Of a stretch of DNA of 56,773 bases, positions 1-9,204 are shown one piece after another (within the stretch, counting starts at the first letter, position 1; every line of letters starts with the position of its first letter). A program made the position numbers and the translations under genes. The stretch lies in the sequence record SRR2962707_1170; one strand, given 5' to 3'. The notes below the pieces were generated by a model that was not told where the DNA came from, searched no databases, and saw only the letters and a program-made list of their open reading frames with translations.

Positions 1-186
1 GACCACATCCATCGCGATGGCAATCAGGCAAAGGCAGAGGGTTTTGCCTAAGGTCTTCACAAAGGAGGTAGAAATCAGCCCCGACCCGGTGGCTTCGGAC
101 AGAACGGTCACACCAAGTGTGAACAGCCCGAGGGCGGCTAGGAACCACAGGATCGACGGGTTCTTGGAAAGGAAACCTTGTTTCAT
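1..186 (-). CDS. urtC: Urea ABC transporter permease UrtC, 5' part; runs off the window edge
   Basis: Not in the ORF track. The reverse frame from ATG at 186 reads MKQGFLSKNPSILWFLAALGLFTLGV...TLGKTLCLCLIAIAMDVV, a hydrophobic LivM/UrtC-type start directly downstream of urtB. Confidence 0.85.
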   Translation of the reverse strand, partial: MKQGFLSKNPSILWFLAALGLFTLGVTVLSEATGSGLISTSFVKTLGKTLCLCLIAIAMDVV

Positions 187-215
187 GTCGTGGCTCTTTG
201 ATTTTGGGTCGGGGT

Positions 216-292
216 GCGTCGCATTTCAGATGCGCCGCGGCGTTGGGGGGCCAGCCCCCCAAACCCCCCGGAGTATTTCGGGAAAGATGAAG
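216..292. repeat. Intergenic REP/MITE-like palindromic element between urtB and urtC
   Basis: Hairpin GCGTCGCAT-ttcag-ATGCGCCGC, then GGGGGGccagCCCCCC, then GAGTATTTCGGGAAAGATGAAG. The last 22 nt recur at 17248-17269 with 18/22 identity. Confidence 0.55.
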
Positions 293-312
293 GTGATTGT
301 GGGCTCATGGTC

Positions 313-2268
313 TCAATCTCCTGCCGCGCGGCCTTTGAGGGCAACGATGCCTTTGGGCCGGAACTGGATAAAGAGGATGATGAACAGGATCATATAGGTC
401 TGGGCGGCCAATGTGTTGGACGGGTTCAGCCATTCGATGCCTTTTTGCAGCGTGCCGATCATTGTTGCACCGGCCAAGGTGCCCCAGACATTACCGACAC
501 CGCCGACAACTACGGTCATGAAGCTTTGTACGATGTAGTCTGCGCCCATTTCCGAGGTGACCTTGGCGTAGAGGCCAATGGCGACGCCGGCGATCCCTGC
601 GATGCCGGAACCGAGGCCAAAGGTCATCATGTTGATACGGTCTGGATTGATGCCCATGGAGGCGGCCATTCCGGGGTTTTGGGTTACCGCGCGCACTTCA
701 AGGCCAAGTCGCGTGCGTTTCAGGATAAAGAGGATCAGGGCCAGGAAGATCAGAGCGAGGAAGAAGATCGCGATGCGGATGTAGCTGATGGAAACAACAT
801 CGTTGATGATCCAGGCACCATCCAGCCAGCCGGGAGAGGTCAACGGGCGGGCCTGTGTGCCGAAGATGTTCTTTGCCAATTGCTGAAGCGCGATAGAGAT
901 ACCAAAGGTGGCGAGCAGGGTTTCAAGCGGCCGGTGGTACAGGTGACGGATCACCAGTCGTTCCATGGCAACGCCCGCGCCAAAGGTGATCGCGAAGGCC
1001 AGCGGCAAGGCCACCAGAATGGAAATCGTGTAATCCGGGATGAACTGTTGCACGACGTAGCCGGTATAAGCGCCCATCATGATGAATTCCCCGTGGGCCA
1101 TGTTGATAACCCCCATCACACCAAAGGTAATGGCCAGCCCGATGGCGGCAAGGAAGTAGATGGAGGCGAGGGACAAGGCGTCGAGCGCGAAGTCACCGGC
1201 CTGGTTAAAGGCAACCCGTTGTTCGATTTTATCCAGCGCCGCGCGGGCGGCGGTGGTGACATCTGCATTGGGTTCGTCATAAGCAAGGAAGAAAACATGG
1301 CCGTTGATGGACGCGGTTTGCTCTGCCGGGGAAACACGTGCCGGTACAAGGGCGTCGGCTGCGAGTTTATCGTAAGCCTCTAAGCGCTTTATACTGTCGC
1401 TGAGCTGCCCAACCGGGACACCGGCGACGGTGCTGCCGTCGACATTGTTGCCGAGGCGGGTTTTTATCTCGGCTTCTAGCACAAGGGCTGGCGCCAGACC
1501 GGCATCAACCAAAATCGCGTAAGCCTCGTCGTTGGAGAGATCGGTGCCGGGAGACAGAACTTGTGCGATATTAAGGTTTTCGGGCAATTGCGGCGCGACA
1601 CCTGCTGTCGTGGTCAGCAATTGGTTCATGATCGCACGGATGTCGAGGGACAGGCCCGTGCTCAGAGTATCGATCGCGGCAATACGTTCTTGAGTATCGC
1701 TGGAAAAGCGGGCGGTCAGCAGGCCGGCCAAGCGGGCCTTTCGTTCGCGAAGGGCGGGGTCCGGGTCATTGTCGATGGCGGCGCGCAGCGGTTCCAGTTG
1801 CTCGGGCAGAGGGTTTTGCGCAATGGCATCTACTGCGGCGGAACGGCGGGCGATGTCGGGATCGGACAGCTGAAACTGCACAAGGGCGGCGCCCAGCAAT
1901 TTACGTACACCGCCGTTTGGTTTGATCTGCTTGGCTTCTTTGGGGCCCACGATGGCAACAGTTTCACCTGTTGCGATGTCAAAAAGCTCTAAGCCCTCTG
2001 CATTGGGTTGTCCGAAAAAGAACAGATCATCACTTGCGCGTTTGTAGACCTCTTTGGCCTGCCAGCGTTCCAGGAACGCCGCGACACCAGGTAAGCCGGA
2101 ATTGGCCAAATCATCGAGCACGATGCTCACCGATTTGCGGCCAGGTTTGGCGACTTCGGCTTGGTGGGTCTGGAGGATCGCTTGAAGCTCACTTTGTTGC
2201 GCTTGGGCGGAAAGCCCTGGCAGCAAAAAGCAGAGCGCAAAGGCGAGGAGGAACGCGCGCAGCATCAT
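313..2268 (-). CDS. urtB: Urea ABC transporter permease UrtB with large periplasmic N-terminal domain
   Basis: Signal peptide; C-terminal LivH-type permease (GLAITFGVMGVINMAHGEFIMMGAY ... FIQFRPKGI); lies downstream of urtA. Confidence 0.93.
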   Translation of the reverse strand: MMLRAFLLAFALCFLLPGLSAQAQQSELQAILQTHQAEVAKPGRKSVSIVLDDLANSGLPGVAAFLERWQAKEVYKRASDDLFFFGQPNAEGLELFDIATGETVAIVGPKEAKQIKPNGGVRKLLGAALVQFQLSDPDIARRSAAVDAIAQNPLPEQLEPLRAAIDNDPDPALRERKARLAGLLTARFSSDTQERIAAIDTLSTGLSLDIRAIMNQLLTTTAGVAPQLPENLNIAQVLSPGTDLSNDEAYAILVDAGLAPALVLEAEIKTRLGNNVDGSTVAGVPVGQLSDSIKRLEAYDKLAADALVPARVSPAEQTASINGHVFFLAYDEPNADVTTAARAALDKIEQRVAFNQAGDFALDALSLASIYFLAAIGLAITFGVMGVINMAHGEFIMMGAYTGYVVQQFIPDYTISILVALPLAFAITFGAGVAMERLVIRHLYHRPLETLLATFGISIALQQLAKNIFGTQARPLTSPGWLDGAWIINDVVSISYIRIAIFFLALIFLALILFILKRTRLGLEVRAVTQNPGMAASMGINPDRINMMTFGLGSGIAGIAGVAIGLYAKVTSEMGADYIVQSFMTVVVGGVGNVWGTLAGATMIGTLQKGIEWLNPSNTLAAQTYMILFIILFIQFRPKGIVALKGRAAGD

Positions 2269-2303
2269 TATGGCCTTTGGGAAAGGGGTGTTTCGAAAAG
2301 GAT

Positions 2304-2332
2304 CCGGGCGCGGTGGGAGGCCCCGCGCCCGG
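2304..2332 (-). terminator. GC-rich stem-loop between urtA and urtB (terminator or mRNA-stabilising hairpin)
   Basis: CCGGGCGCGG (2304-2313) and CCGCGCCCGG (2323-2332) form a perfect 10-bp inverted repeat just after the urtA stop. Confidence 0.6.
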
Positions 2333-2349
2333 GTTCTTATGAGGTCAGA

Positions 2350-3633
2350 TTAGTAGTTCGATTTAATCTGAACGCAGGTGCTTGTTGCTGTGTTGTACAT
2401 GCCGCAACCAAGGTCTTTCCAGTCGGACTTCAAAACAGCCGACTCTGGCAGGAAGTCTGTCCATGCATCGCCTGCGACTTCGGTCGTTTGGCTGATGATG
2501 TCGAATTGACCGTCAGCTTGGATTTCACCGATCAGAACTGGTTTCGCCAAGTGATGGTTTGGCAGCATAACCGCTGTACCACCTGTCAGGTTTGGATATT
2601 CCTGACCGTACATTGCTGTGCGAACGGCGTCGACGTCTGTGGTGCCAGCGGTTGTTGCCGCGTTAACCCACATGTTGAAGCCGATGAAGTGCGCTTCCAT
2701 TGGATCGTTTGTCACACGCTCTTCGCCCATGCGGGCTTTCCAAGCTGTAACCCAATCGGCGTTCACAGGTGCGTCCGCAGATTGGAAGTAGTTCCAAGCG
2801 GCCAGGTGGCCAACAAGGTTGGATGTGTCCAGACCGGACAGTTCTTCTTCACCAACCGAGAAGGCAACCACTGGGATATCGTCAGCAGAGATACCGGCGG
2901 CAGCCAATTCTTTGTAGAAGCCGATGTTTGCGTCACCGTTGATTGTCGAAATAACGCCAACCTGTTTGCCGTCTGCGCCCAGTGCGACAACGTCAGAAAC
3001 GATTGTTGCCCAGTCAGAATGGCCGAAAGGTGTGTAGTTTACGAAGATATCTTCAGCTGGAATGCCTTTAGACTTCAGGTAGCTTTCCAGAATGTTGTTT
3101 GTTGTACGTGGGTATACGTAGTCGGTGCCGAGCAATGCGAACTTTTCTACACCAAGCTCTTCCAGGAAGTAGTCAGTTGCTGGGATCGCCTGCTGGTTCG
3201 GAGCCGCACCTGTGTAGAAGACGTTTTTGGAGCTTTCTTCGCCTTCATACTGAACTGGGTAGAACAGCAGACCGTTCAGTTCTTCGATAACCGGCAGAAC
3301 CGACTTACGAGAAACCGAAGTCCAGTTGCCGAACATGACGTCGACTTCGTGAACTGTCAGAAGTTCACGTGCTTTTTCAGCAAAAAGAGGCCAGTCGGAC
3401 GCAGGGTCAACGACGACGGCTTCCAATTCACAGCCCAACAGGCCGCCTTTGGCATTTTGCTGCTCGATCAGCATCAACATGGTGTCTTTCAGAGTTGTTT
3501 CTGAAATGGCCATGGTGCCGGAAAGTGAGTGTAGAACGCCCACTTTGATCGGGCAGTCCGCTGCAGCGGCAATACCTGTCCCTGCGAGCAGGGCGAGTGT
3601 TGACGTAGCAATCAGAGATTTGAACGATTTCAT
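2350..3633 (-). CDS. urtA: Urea ABC transporter substrate-binding protein UrtA
   Basis: IKVGVLHSLSGTMAISE, VVDPASDWPLFAEKA, WTSVSRKSVLP, FYPVQYEGEESS and GAAPNQQAIPA are hallmark UrtA/FmdD segments; signal peptide present. Confidence 0.95.
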   Translation of the reverse strand: MKSFKSLIATSTLALLAGTGIAAAADCPIKVGVLHSLSGTMAISETTLKDTMLMLIEQQNAKGGLLGCELEAVVVDPASDWPLFAEKARELLTVHEVDVMFGNWTSVSRKSVLPVIEELNGLLFYPVQYEGEESSKNVFYTGAAPNQQAIPATDYFLEELGVEKFALLGTDYVYPRTTNNILESYLKSKGIPAEDIFVNYTPFGHSDWATIVSDVVALGADGKQVGVISTINGDANIGFYKELAAAGISADDIPVVAFSVGEEELSGLDTSNLVGHLAAWNYFQSADAPVNADWVTAWKARMGEERVTNDPMEAHFIGFNMWVNAATTAGTTDVDAVRTAMYGQEYPNLTGGTAVMLPNHHLAKPVLIGEIQADGQFDIISQTTEVAGDAWTDFLPESAVLKSDWKDLGCGMYNTATSTCVQIKSNY

Positions 3634-3882
3634 AAGACTTGTGTCCCCAAGGTTACGCCACGAAATACGGCACGCCCGCCCCCTTCAAATAGGGAGTCCG
3701 GAGTGCTACGTATGAAATTCGCAGCAGTTCTGTTGCAGTCGTGCAAAGGGTAGAATCTGCCAGGATGTCCCCTTTGCGCGGCATAATATGCGGAGACGTT
3801 CCTCCCCGCGCTGTCGGGAATATCGTTCTGAGCGGAAACCAGCGAGAGATTCCCTATGAATCCCGTGGTGACGCGGAAGCAT

Positions 3883-3929
3883 TGATTTATTTTTGAGCGC
3901 GCGCGGAAAATGTGCTCAAAAAAAGTGCA
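3883..3929. promoter_or_regulatory. Tandem NtrC-like binding sites upstream of urtA
   Basis: TGCTC-AAAAAAA-GTGCA (3913-3929) fits TGCAC-N7-GTGCA. A weaker site TGATT-TATTTTT-GAGCG (3883-3899) sits 30 bp away. Nitrogen control of urea uptake is expected. Confidence 0.6.
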
Positions 3930-4055
3930 CCATATGTTTCGATTTCTTTGTGCAACATCGAAAGTGACTAGAAATGAGCATGTCAGAGTCCAGCTGTATG
4001 CCGATTGTGCGAAGTTGAGACGGTATTCATGATCTGAAGGCACCGGACGCTTTTA

Positions 4056-5657
4056 TCAGATAAGGTCGCGCACGTTTCGAAGCATCCCGACGGTTCTGAG
4101 GGTTCTGACAGGGTACAGCTCATCATTCACAAATCGGTCCAACGAAAAACCTGGTTCAATCTTTTCGAGTTTTTTGGCTGTTGCTTGGGCTTTGTCCATT
4201 TCGCCTTGTTGGGCGTATAAGGCGAGCAAGTGTCGATGAGCCGGGCGCAGGAACGGCGCAGCTCTGGCGGCGGCCTCGCCTGCAGCAATGGCCTCAACGG
4301 GGCGATTACAGGCAATGTTCACGACGCAATTGTTTACTTCCCACCATTGGCGGAAAGGGGAGAACCGCGCGATGTTACGGGCGAGGTTCGAGTTCTTAAG
4401 CGCTTCTGTATAGTCACCCCTTCGCATCTGAGCTGTCGCCAGCGCGTTCCAGGCAAAGGCATTCGCCGGGTTTTGTGCCACCGCTTGTTCGGCCAATTCC
4501 CAGCCACCTTCTGCGTCGCCCAACCCCATAACACGGACCTGACTGATCAGGGCCTGCGCCAAAGTATTGTCCACCGCGCTTTCCATTGCCGCTTGATTGA
4601 GCTCCGCGGCTTCATCGCGCAGGGCTTCGGGATTGTCGGAATGCAGTTCGATAAGCTGAATCATCCGCGCCAAACTGCGCCAAGCGAGGTAGACCGGGTT
4701 TGGGTCACATTCATGGGCTTGTTTCAAGAGCCCGTTGGCTTCGTTCAGTGAAGACGGATCAAAACTGAACATGCGGTATAGCGCCAACCGCGACAAAGCC
4801 GTGGCCCGGGCCTCGGGACGGCAATTCTCAATCACTAAAGGAATTTTGCTCAGGACCCGGTCGGCAACGTCAAACACCATGGCGGCGGTTGGTTCTGCCG
4901 ACTTCAATATGTCGTCATGTGCCTCAATCTCATGAATGCGGGAATGCATTATTCGGCCGGTCGGCAAATGTGACACTTTCAGAAAGACATTGGCCTTGCC
5001 GTCGCTGTCGATCAGGTTGCAGCAAATTTCGATGTCTTCCGTTTGTTTAGATGTTGGCTCTGTCGACGTTCCAGTGCTGCGCCACGCGCGTACATGTTCC
5101 GCTACGTTTTGACCAATTTGGTTGGCCAGAATGTCCCCCAGCAGTGCAGAGGTTTCACTTTCGTGGACTTTGGTGACGCAGCGAATATCTAATCCGGTGA
5201 TTTCGCGGGGGCGGGCAGACTCCAGCCGTTTTTGAAATCGGGATCTTTCTGATCGGAGCCATTCTTCGAATTCGGGATCACGCACATCCATACCTTCGAG
5301 AAGCTCCAGAGGCTCGTCGGAAGCAAAATCGCCCTGAAGCACATCTACAATGACCTGCTTGGGATCAAGTGAGATCGAGTTACGGTCGCCTGACAGAATG
5401 TTCTCATAAACAGGGGCCGTTTTTCTGATTTTGGCGAGCGCCTGTCGCAAATTTGCTCCGGCGTGTTCGGGGCCGAACCGGCTCCAGAGCTTGTCTTCGA
5501 TCCAGCGGCGGGATCGGTGCATGCCGGGACTTAAGGCCAAAAGCGCAAGCAGTGCTTGGTTTTTTGTCCCAACAGGGGTCACGTCTGTCCCGTCATTTGC
5601 AAACGAAGAAAATGAGCCAATCAAATTGATGTGCAATAGATTATCATCGTTGCTCAT
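4056..5657 (-). CDS. SARP/AfsR-like winged-helix transcriptional regulator with C-terminal TPR repeats
   Basis: N-terminal KNQALLALLALSPGMHRSRRWIEDKLW...ANLRQALAKIRK (OmpR/SARP wHTH) and LLEGMDVRDPEFEEWLRSER; C-terminal TPR-like helices (AEQAVAQNPANAFAWNALA). ATG 5657 preferred over TTG 5690. Confidence 0.8.
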   Translation of the reverse strand: MSNDDNLLHINLIGSFSSFANDGTDVTPVGTKNQALLALLALSPGMHRSRRWIEDKLWSRFGPEHAGANLRQALAKIRKTAPVYENILSGDRNSISLDPKQVIVDVLQGDFASDEPLELLEGMDVRDPEFEEWLRSERSRFQKRLESARPREITGLDIRCVTKVHESETSALLGDILANQIGQNVAEHVRAWRSTGTSTEPTSKQTEDIEICCNLIDSDGKANVFLKVSHLPTGRIMHSRIHEIEAHDDILKSAEPTAAMVFDVADRVLSKIPLVIENCRPEARATALSRLALYRMFSFDPSSLNEANGLLKQAHECDPNPVYLAWRSLARMIQLIELHSDNPEALRDEAAELNQAAMESAVDNTLAQALISQVRVMGLGDAEGGWELAEQAVAQNPANAFAWNALATAQMRRGDYTEALKNSNLARNIARFSPFRQWWEVNNCVVNIACNRPVEAIAAGEAAARAAPFLRPAHRHLLALYAQQGEMDKAQATAKKLEKIEPGFSLDRFVNDELYPVRTLRTVGMLRNVRDLI

Positions 5658-5721
5658 ACGGCCGGTTCCAAAAAACTGAATGTCGGTCAAAGACTAGCAT
5701 CGACTTTTGATTGCGGCAAAC

Positions 5722-5740
5722 TGCGTGAATTTTGCGTAAA
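5722..5740 (+). promoter_or_regulatory. 11-bp-period direct repeat TGCGT(G/A)AA x2 in the regulator/PAP2 divergent promoter
   Basis: TGCGTGAA-ttt-TGCGTAAA; the same core occurs three times at 9205-9231. Confidence 0.4.
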
Positions 5741-5823
5741 ATCGTCAAGACGAATGAAATTGGGTTTTGACCTTGTCTCTACCTAACGTCACCTTAGTGT
5801 TAAATCAAATTTTTGGAGGATGC

Positions 5824-6927
5824 ATGCCACGTTTGGGAGTTGAGGGTGTTGAAGGTGTTGAGGGCGTAGAGGGTGTTGAGGGCGTAGAGGGCGTTGAAGG
5901 CGTCGAGGGTGTCGAAGGCGTAGAGGGAGTTGAAGGCGTCGAAGGTGGACGAGGCGCTTCAGGACTTTTGTCGAGCGCCCTTGGACGGGCCCGCGATGGC
6001 ACCGCACGTTATTGGGACGGATCCGCATCCCGTATTCCAAACAGCACAGGGCGTTCCAGCTGGGATGCTTTCCGCAAACTCGCTCCAAAACCACGCATGG
6101 CGACGACCGATCAAACGGTTCAGGGGTGGTTCAACGTTGCTTTGAACAGTTCGTCTGCGGCTAACACCGAAGGTCAGTTGGTACTTGGCTCAAATGCTGT
6201 CGTCAGCCTGCGCAAGCCGTCTGATGCCTTCCTTGCAGAAAAACAATTGGCGTATCTGCGCAGTGCCGCGGATTTGCGCATGGACCGCCTTGCCGAAATT
6301 CGTGTGCAAACTGGAAATATTCTGTCCTTCTTTTCGACGGTCGGACATATGTCCCGGCAGGCTACTCCCTGGAGTTTGGCGGTGGCCTATGCCGTGTTGC
6401 GCTTGTGTCGGCATGTTGAAATGCCGTTCAAGTTGGGTTTTGACGTTGCCCGTCCGATCGCCATGTCGTTTGAAGTACAGCCGATCATTCAGACGCCGGG
6501 CCATGGGGCTTGGCCCAGTGGACATGCGACAGAGTCCTTTGCTTTGGCGACGGTTTTGACCCGGTTGTTTGGTCAGGATAGCTTTGATGCGCAGCAGGCG
6601 GTGACAGAACAAAACGAATTGATGCGCCATGCCGCACGCATCGCCATGAACAGAACCGTGGCCGGGGTGCATTTCCCAACAGACAGCATGGCTGGTGCGG
6701 TGCTTGGGCTGACATTAGGCGAGGCGTTGGTCCGGGTGCTTGATGGCGAAGATACGACCCCATCGAGAACCTATTTTGGGGACAGCTATGACGGCGACTT
6801 TAATCTGTCTTTATTTGGCGCGGCGCTAAGCGATGCTTCTATTATCGAAACGCGTCCCGTTGGCATGCAGATCGACGTGCCGGATTGGCTGCGTCGAATG
6901 TGGGATGAAGCCAAGCGCGAATGGTAA
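5824..6927 (+). CDS. PAP2/vanadium-haloperoxidase-fold protein with N-terminal (GVE)12 repeat
   Basis: GGAGGA RBS at 5815-5820 before ATG 5824. All three phosphate/vanadate-binding motifs are present: KLGFDVARP (KxxxxxxRP), WPSGH, and NRTVAGVHFPTD (RxxxxxHxxxD). Confidence 0.85.
   Translation: MPRLGVEGVEGVEGVEGVEGVEGVEGVEGVEGVEGVEGVEGGRGASGLLSSALGRARDGTARYWDGSASRIPNSTGRSSWDAFRKLAPKPRMATTDQTVQGWFNVALNSSSAANTEGQLVLGSNAVVSLRKPSDAFLAEKQLAYLRSAADLRMDRLAEIRVQTGNILSFFSTVGHMSRQATPWSLAVAYAVLRLCRHVEMPFKLGFDVARPIAMSFEVQPIIQTPGHGAWPSGHATESFALATVLTRLFGQDSFDAQQAVTEQNELMRHAARIAMNRTVAGVHFPTDSMAGAVLGLTLGEALVRVLDGEDTTPSRTYFGDSYDGDFNLSLFGAALSDASIIETRPVGMQIDVPDWLRRMWDEAKREW
5836..5943 (+). repeat. 12 x 9-bp coding tandem repeat (Gly-Val-Glu), synonymously diverged
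   Basis: Units gga-gtt-gag, ggt-gtt-gaa, ggc-gta-gag, ggc-gtc-gag and others vary only at third codon positions. Confidence 0.95.
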
Positions 6928-6981
6928 TTTTTGGTTTGTAAGAGCAGGCCCGTCTTTCCCCAGCCTGCGAGTTGTGAGTAC

Positions 6982-7012
6982 GCGGAGCGCATTAAGTGCG
7001 CTCCGCTTTTTT
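6982..7012 (+). terminator. Rho-independent terminator between the converging PAP2 and S8 genes
   Basis: GCGGAGCGCA-ttaag-TGCGCTCCGC followed by TTTTTT. Confidence 0.8.
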
Positions 7013-7013
7013 C

Positions 7014-9062
7014 TTAAGCGCGGCGTTTTCGGGTTCCGTTACCTGGGGTTCCGTTACCTGGGGAAAGGGTGATGTGGCCAAGCCTTGATTGCATGTCGTT
7101 GGGAACAGCCGTCCAGTGCAGTTTTGTATCGTCCAGATCGTCGACATGGGCAGGACCGTTCGTCTTGATCTTAGAGTGAGACAACGCCAAAAAACGTGTC
7201 AGCCGGGCGGCGGAAGCTGAAGTTCCGTTGATGGGCCGGATCGACCCTGTGTAGGTGCCACTTGCCAAGACGCCTCTGAGCGCGGACCCGTCCTCGGCCA
7301 CTGAAGAAAGTGTTGGACCTGCCACGCTCCAGTCGCTGCCCTCTGACGTGTAATAGGCCGGAGACACTTTGCGCCCTCCGTTGGACAGGCGGGTCGCCCC
7401 GACGGTGAACACCTGCCGGGATGTCGCTGTTGTCAGGGCAGTGTGCGTGCCGGTCCTCTTGATAGAGGAATTTTGGGCCAAACCTGTATTGTCCAGCATG
7501 TCGCCGTCCCATGCCCAGGCCTGAGGGGAATCGAAATAGGATTGCCGTCCCCGCTGGCGGAACTCAGGCAAGCTGTCTCCCCTTTGGATTTGCAGTGTGA
7601 CGCTAACCGGTGATCCGGACTTCGACTTGGTTGATATCGTCCATTTGCCCGAATTGGCTTGGGGCGCGCCGGCAGCGAGGTCGCCTGTCGCACAAAGCGC
7701 AATAGCGTAATAGGGTTTTGCGACGGTTGTCGCGTCCAAATTGCGTTCAGGTACATGATACAGTCGAGCTACCGGACCAATGTCCGACACCAATGTCCTA
7801 ACGCTGCCTTCGGGGATACTGTCGAAGCCTGAGGAATATCCATTCGGATCCGCCAAAGAGATGTCAAAATCAGCGGTGCTTTGTGCGCTTCGAAGCTCCA
7901 CATAGCTTGGCGTAAGATCATCAGGTTGAGCGCGCCAGTCAATGCTTGCGGTATCCACCTGTTCTGACATTTTCAGTTGCGCCACTTGGCGGGACCGTCT
8001 GTTGTTGCCAAAGGCCCAAACAATGCGGACGGGTTGTCCCGTCAGGGTTTGCCAAGCCTCCGCTTCCTTTGTGATTTGGTATTCGGCAAAGCGTGTGCCG
8101 TCTTTGGGGCCTGCCAACATACCGAGGCTGATGTTGACGACCACAGCGCTGGATGGATCAATTGTGCGGGCCTGCTGCAAAATCCAACGGAGGCCCTGAA
8201 CGAGGTAGTTTTCGAACTGCGTTCCTGAGGTGTCCTCTACAGCCATCGCAGGAAGCTGAACCGCCAACAATGGCCAGTTCCGGGTTGGGTCTTTTGTGTC
8301 CAGCGGGTCTGCCCCGCCGGCAATGTCCAGGATGGAGGTTCCGTGACTCGCCGAGAACTCAACAGAGCGATGATCGGTTACACCGCTCAACGAATTGTTT
8401 AGCCCATTATAAAGTGCGCTTTCGTCAATAGTTGGCGTGCGTATCATCCGATTAATGTCTGAATGGGACAAGATGGTGCCGGATTGCACTGTTTTGTCAT
8501 TGTTGCCGGTTAACGTTTCTTGGGCTTGGAGCCACACGGCATGAAACCGCGAGCTGTTCTTTCCGTTTTTGAGATTCTGACGCCGGAACCTGGCGTTCAG
8601 GAAGCCGATGCCATCGTCGATTACCGCGACGATTGGTTGTCCCTTGGCCCATTCAGGGACAGACGGGGATGATTGTTCGGTATCACTGTTCCTATGGGGT
8701 GATGCAATCGGCGAGGCAGGGCCAACGTCAATGACGTCAAATAGATGCGCGTGGTCCGAATACGGGGTACCTAATTTTCGATAGGCAAAATACTCATCTG
8801 GCAAATCCAAAGCATCAGCCGCGTTCTCAATCCGGGCGACAAGATCGGAGTAGTCTTGCTCGGGCATCAGGTAGTCAGATTGGGTGTCTTCAATCAGTTG
8901 CCGTAATTGTTGTCGTGCTGTTGACCTGTCGAGGCCTTTAAGACGCAAGAAAATTGCCTCGAATTTTGGGGTTTCTGTTGGTCGTGAGTCCGTTAAACGG
9001 CCCCAATCAAGGTATGGATCCCAGAATTCCATGGGGCGCGGTGCAGTCCAAGCCAAAGCCAA
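7014..9062 (-). CDS. S8 (subtilisin-like) serine peptidase, no signal peptide, large insertion in the catalytic domain
   Basis: Asp motif IVAVIDDGI, His motif SHGTSILDIAGG, oxyanion Asn WAFGN, Ser motif NGTSASA. AGGAGG precedes TTG 9062. Confidence 0.8.
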   Translation of the reverse strand: MALAWTAPRPMEFWDPYLDWGRLTDSRPTETPKFEAIFLRLKGLDRSTARQQLRQLIEDTQSDYLMPEQDYSDLVARIENAADALDLPDEYFAYRKLGTPYSDHAHLFDVIDVGPASPIASPHRNSDTEQSSPSVPEWAKGQPIVAVIDDGIGFLNARFRRQNLKNGKNSSRFHAVWLQAQETLTGNNDKTVQSGTILSHSDINRMIRTPTIDESALYNGLNNSLSGVTDHRSVEFSASHGTSILDIAGGADPLDTKDPTRNWPLLAVQLPAMAVEDTSGTQFENYLVQGLRWILQQARTIDPSSAVVVNISLGMLAGPKDGTRFAEYQITKEAEAWQTLTGQPVRIVWAFGNNRRSRQVAQLKMSEQVDTASIDWRAQPDDLTPSYVELRSAQSTADFDISLADPNGYSSGFDSIPEGSVRTLVSDIGPVARLYHVPERNLDATTVAKPYYAIALCATGDLAAGAPQANSGKWTISTKSKSGSPVSVTLQIQRGDSLPEFRQRGRQSYFDSPQAWAWDGDMLDNTGLAQNSSIKRTGTHTALTTATSRQVFTVGATRLSNGGRKVSPAYYTSEGSDWSVAGPTLSSVAEDGSALRGVLASGTYTGSIRPINGTSASAARLTRFLALSHSKIKTNGPAHVDDLDDTKLHWTAVPNDMQSRLGHITLSPGNGTPGNGTRKRRA

Positions 9063-9204
9063 TTAACATCCTCCTGATTTCGTACCTGTTCAAATAGCGT
9101 CCAGTGCTCAATTTGCGGAACTAAGCATCAGTTACACCGAGAGCTGCACAACTATGGCGCGTAAATGTCAGTCTCGAAAAGAAAATTTTTCTATTCCGCT
9201 AAAT

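Noticed and set aside
214-3504. Long + strand ORFs 214..1383 and 2161..3504
   Set aside because: Antisense shadows of urtB and urtA with no recognisable motifs.
3634-3870. Possible guanidine or other riboswitch upstream of urtA
   Set aside because: No conserved riboswitch core was recognisable on the minus strand; an Rfam scan would be needed.
5767-5823. ORF-track N-terminal extension (TTG 5767) of the PAP2 gene
   Set aside because: A strong GGAGGA sits immediately before ATG 5824, so the upstream start is unsupported.
5805-6002. Minus-strand ORF with (PST)n repeat, and the repeat as a possible CRISPR or VNTR
   Set aside because: It mirrors the GVE repeat. The + frame has the RBS and continues into a PAP2 domain. 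The 9-bp units have no spacers and there are no cas genes.
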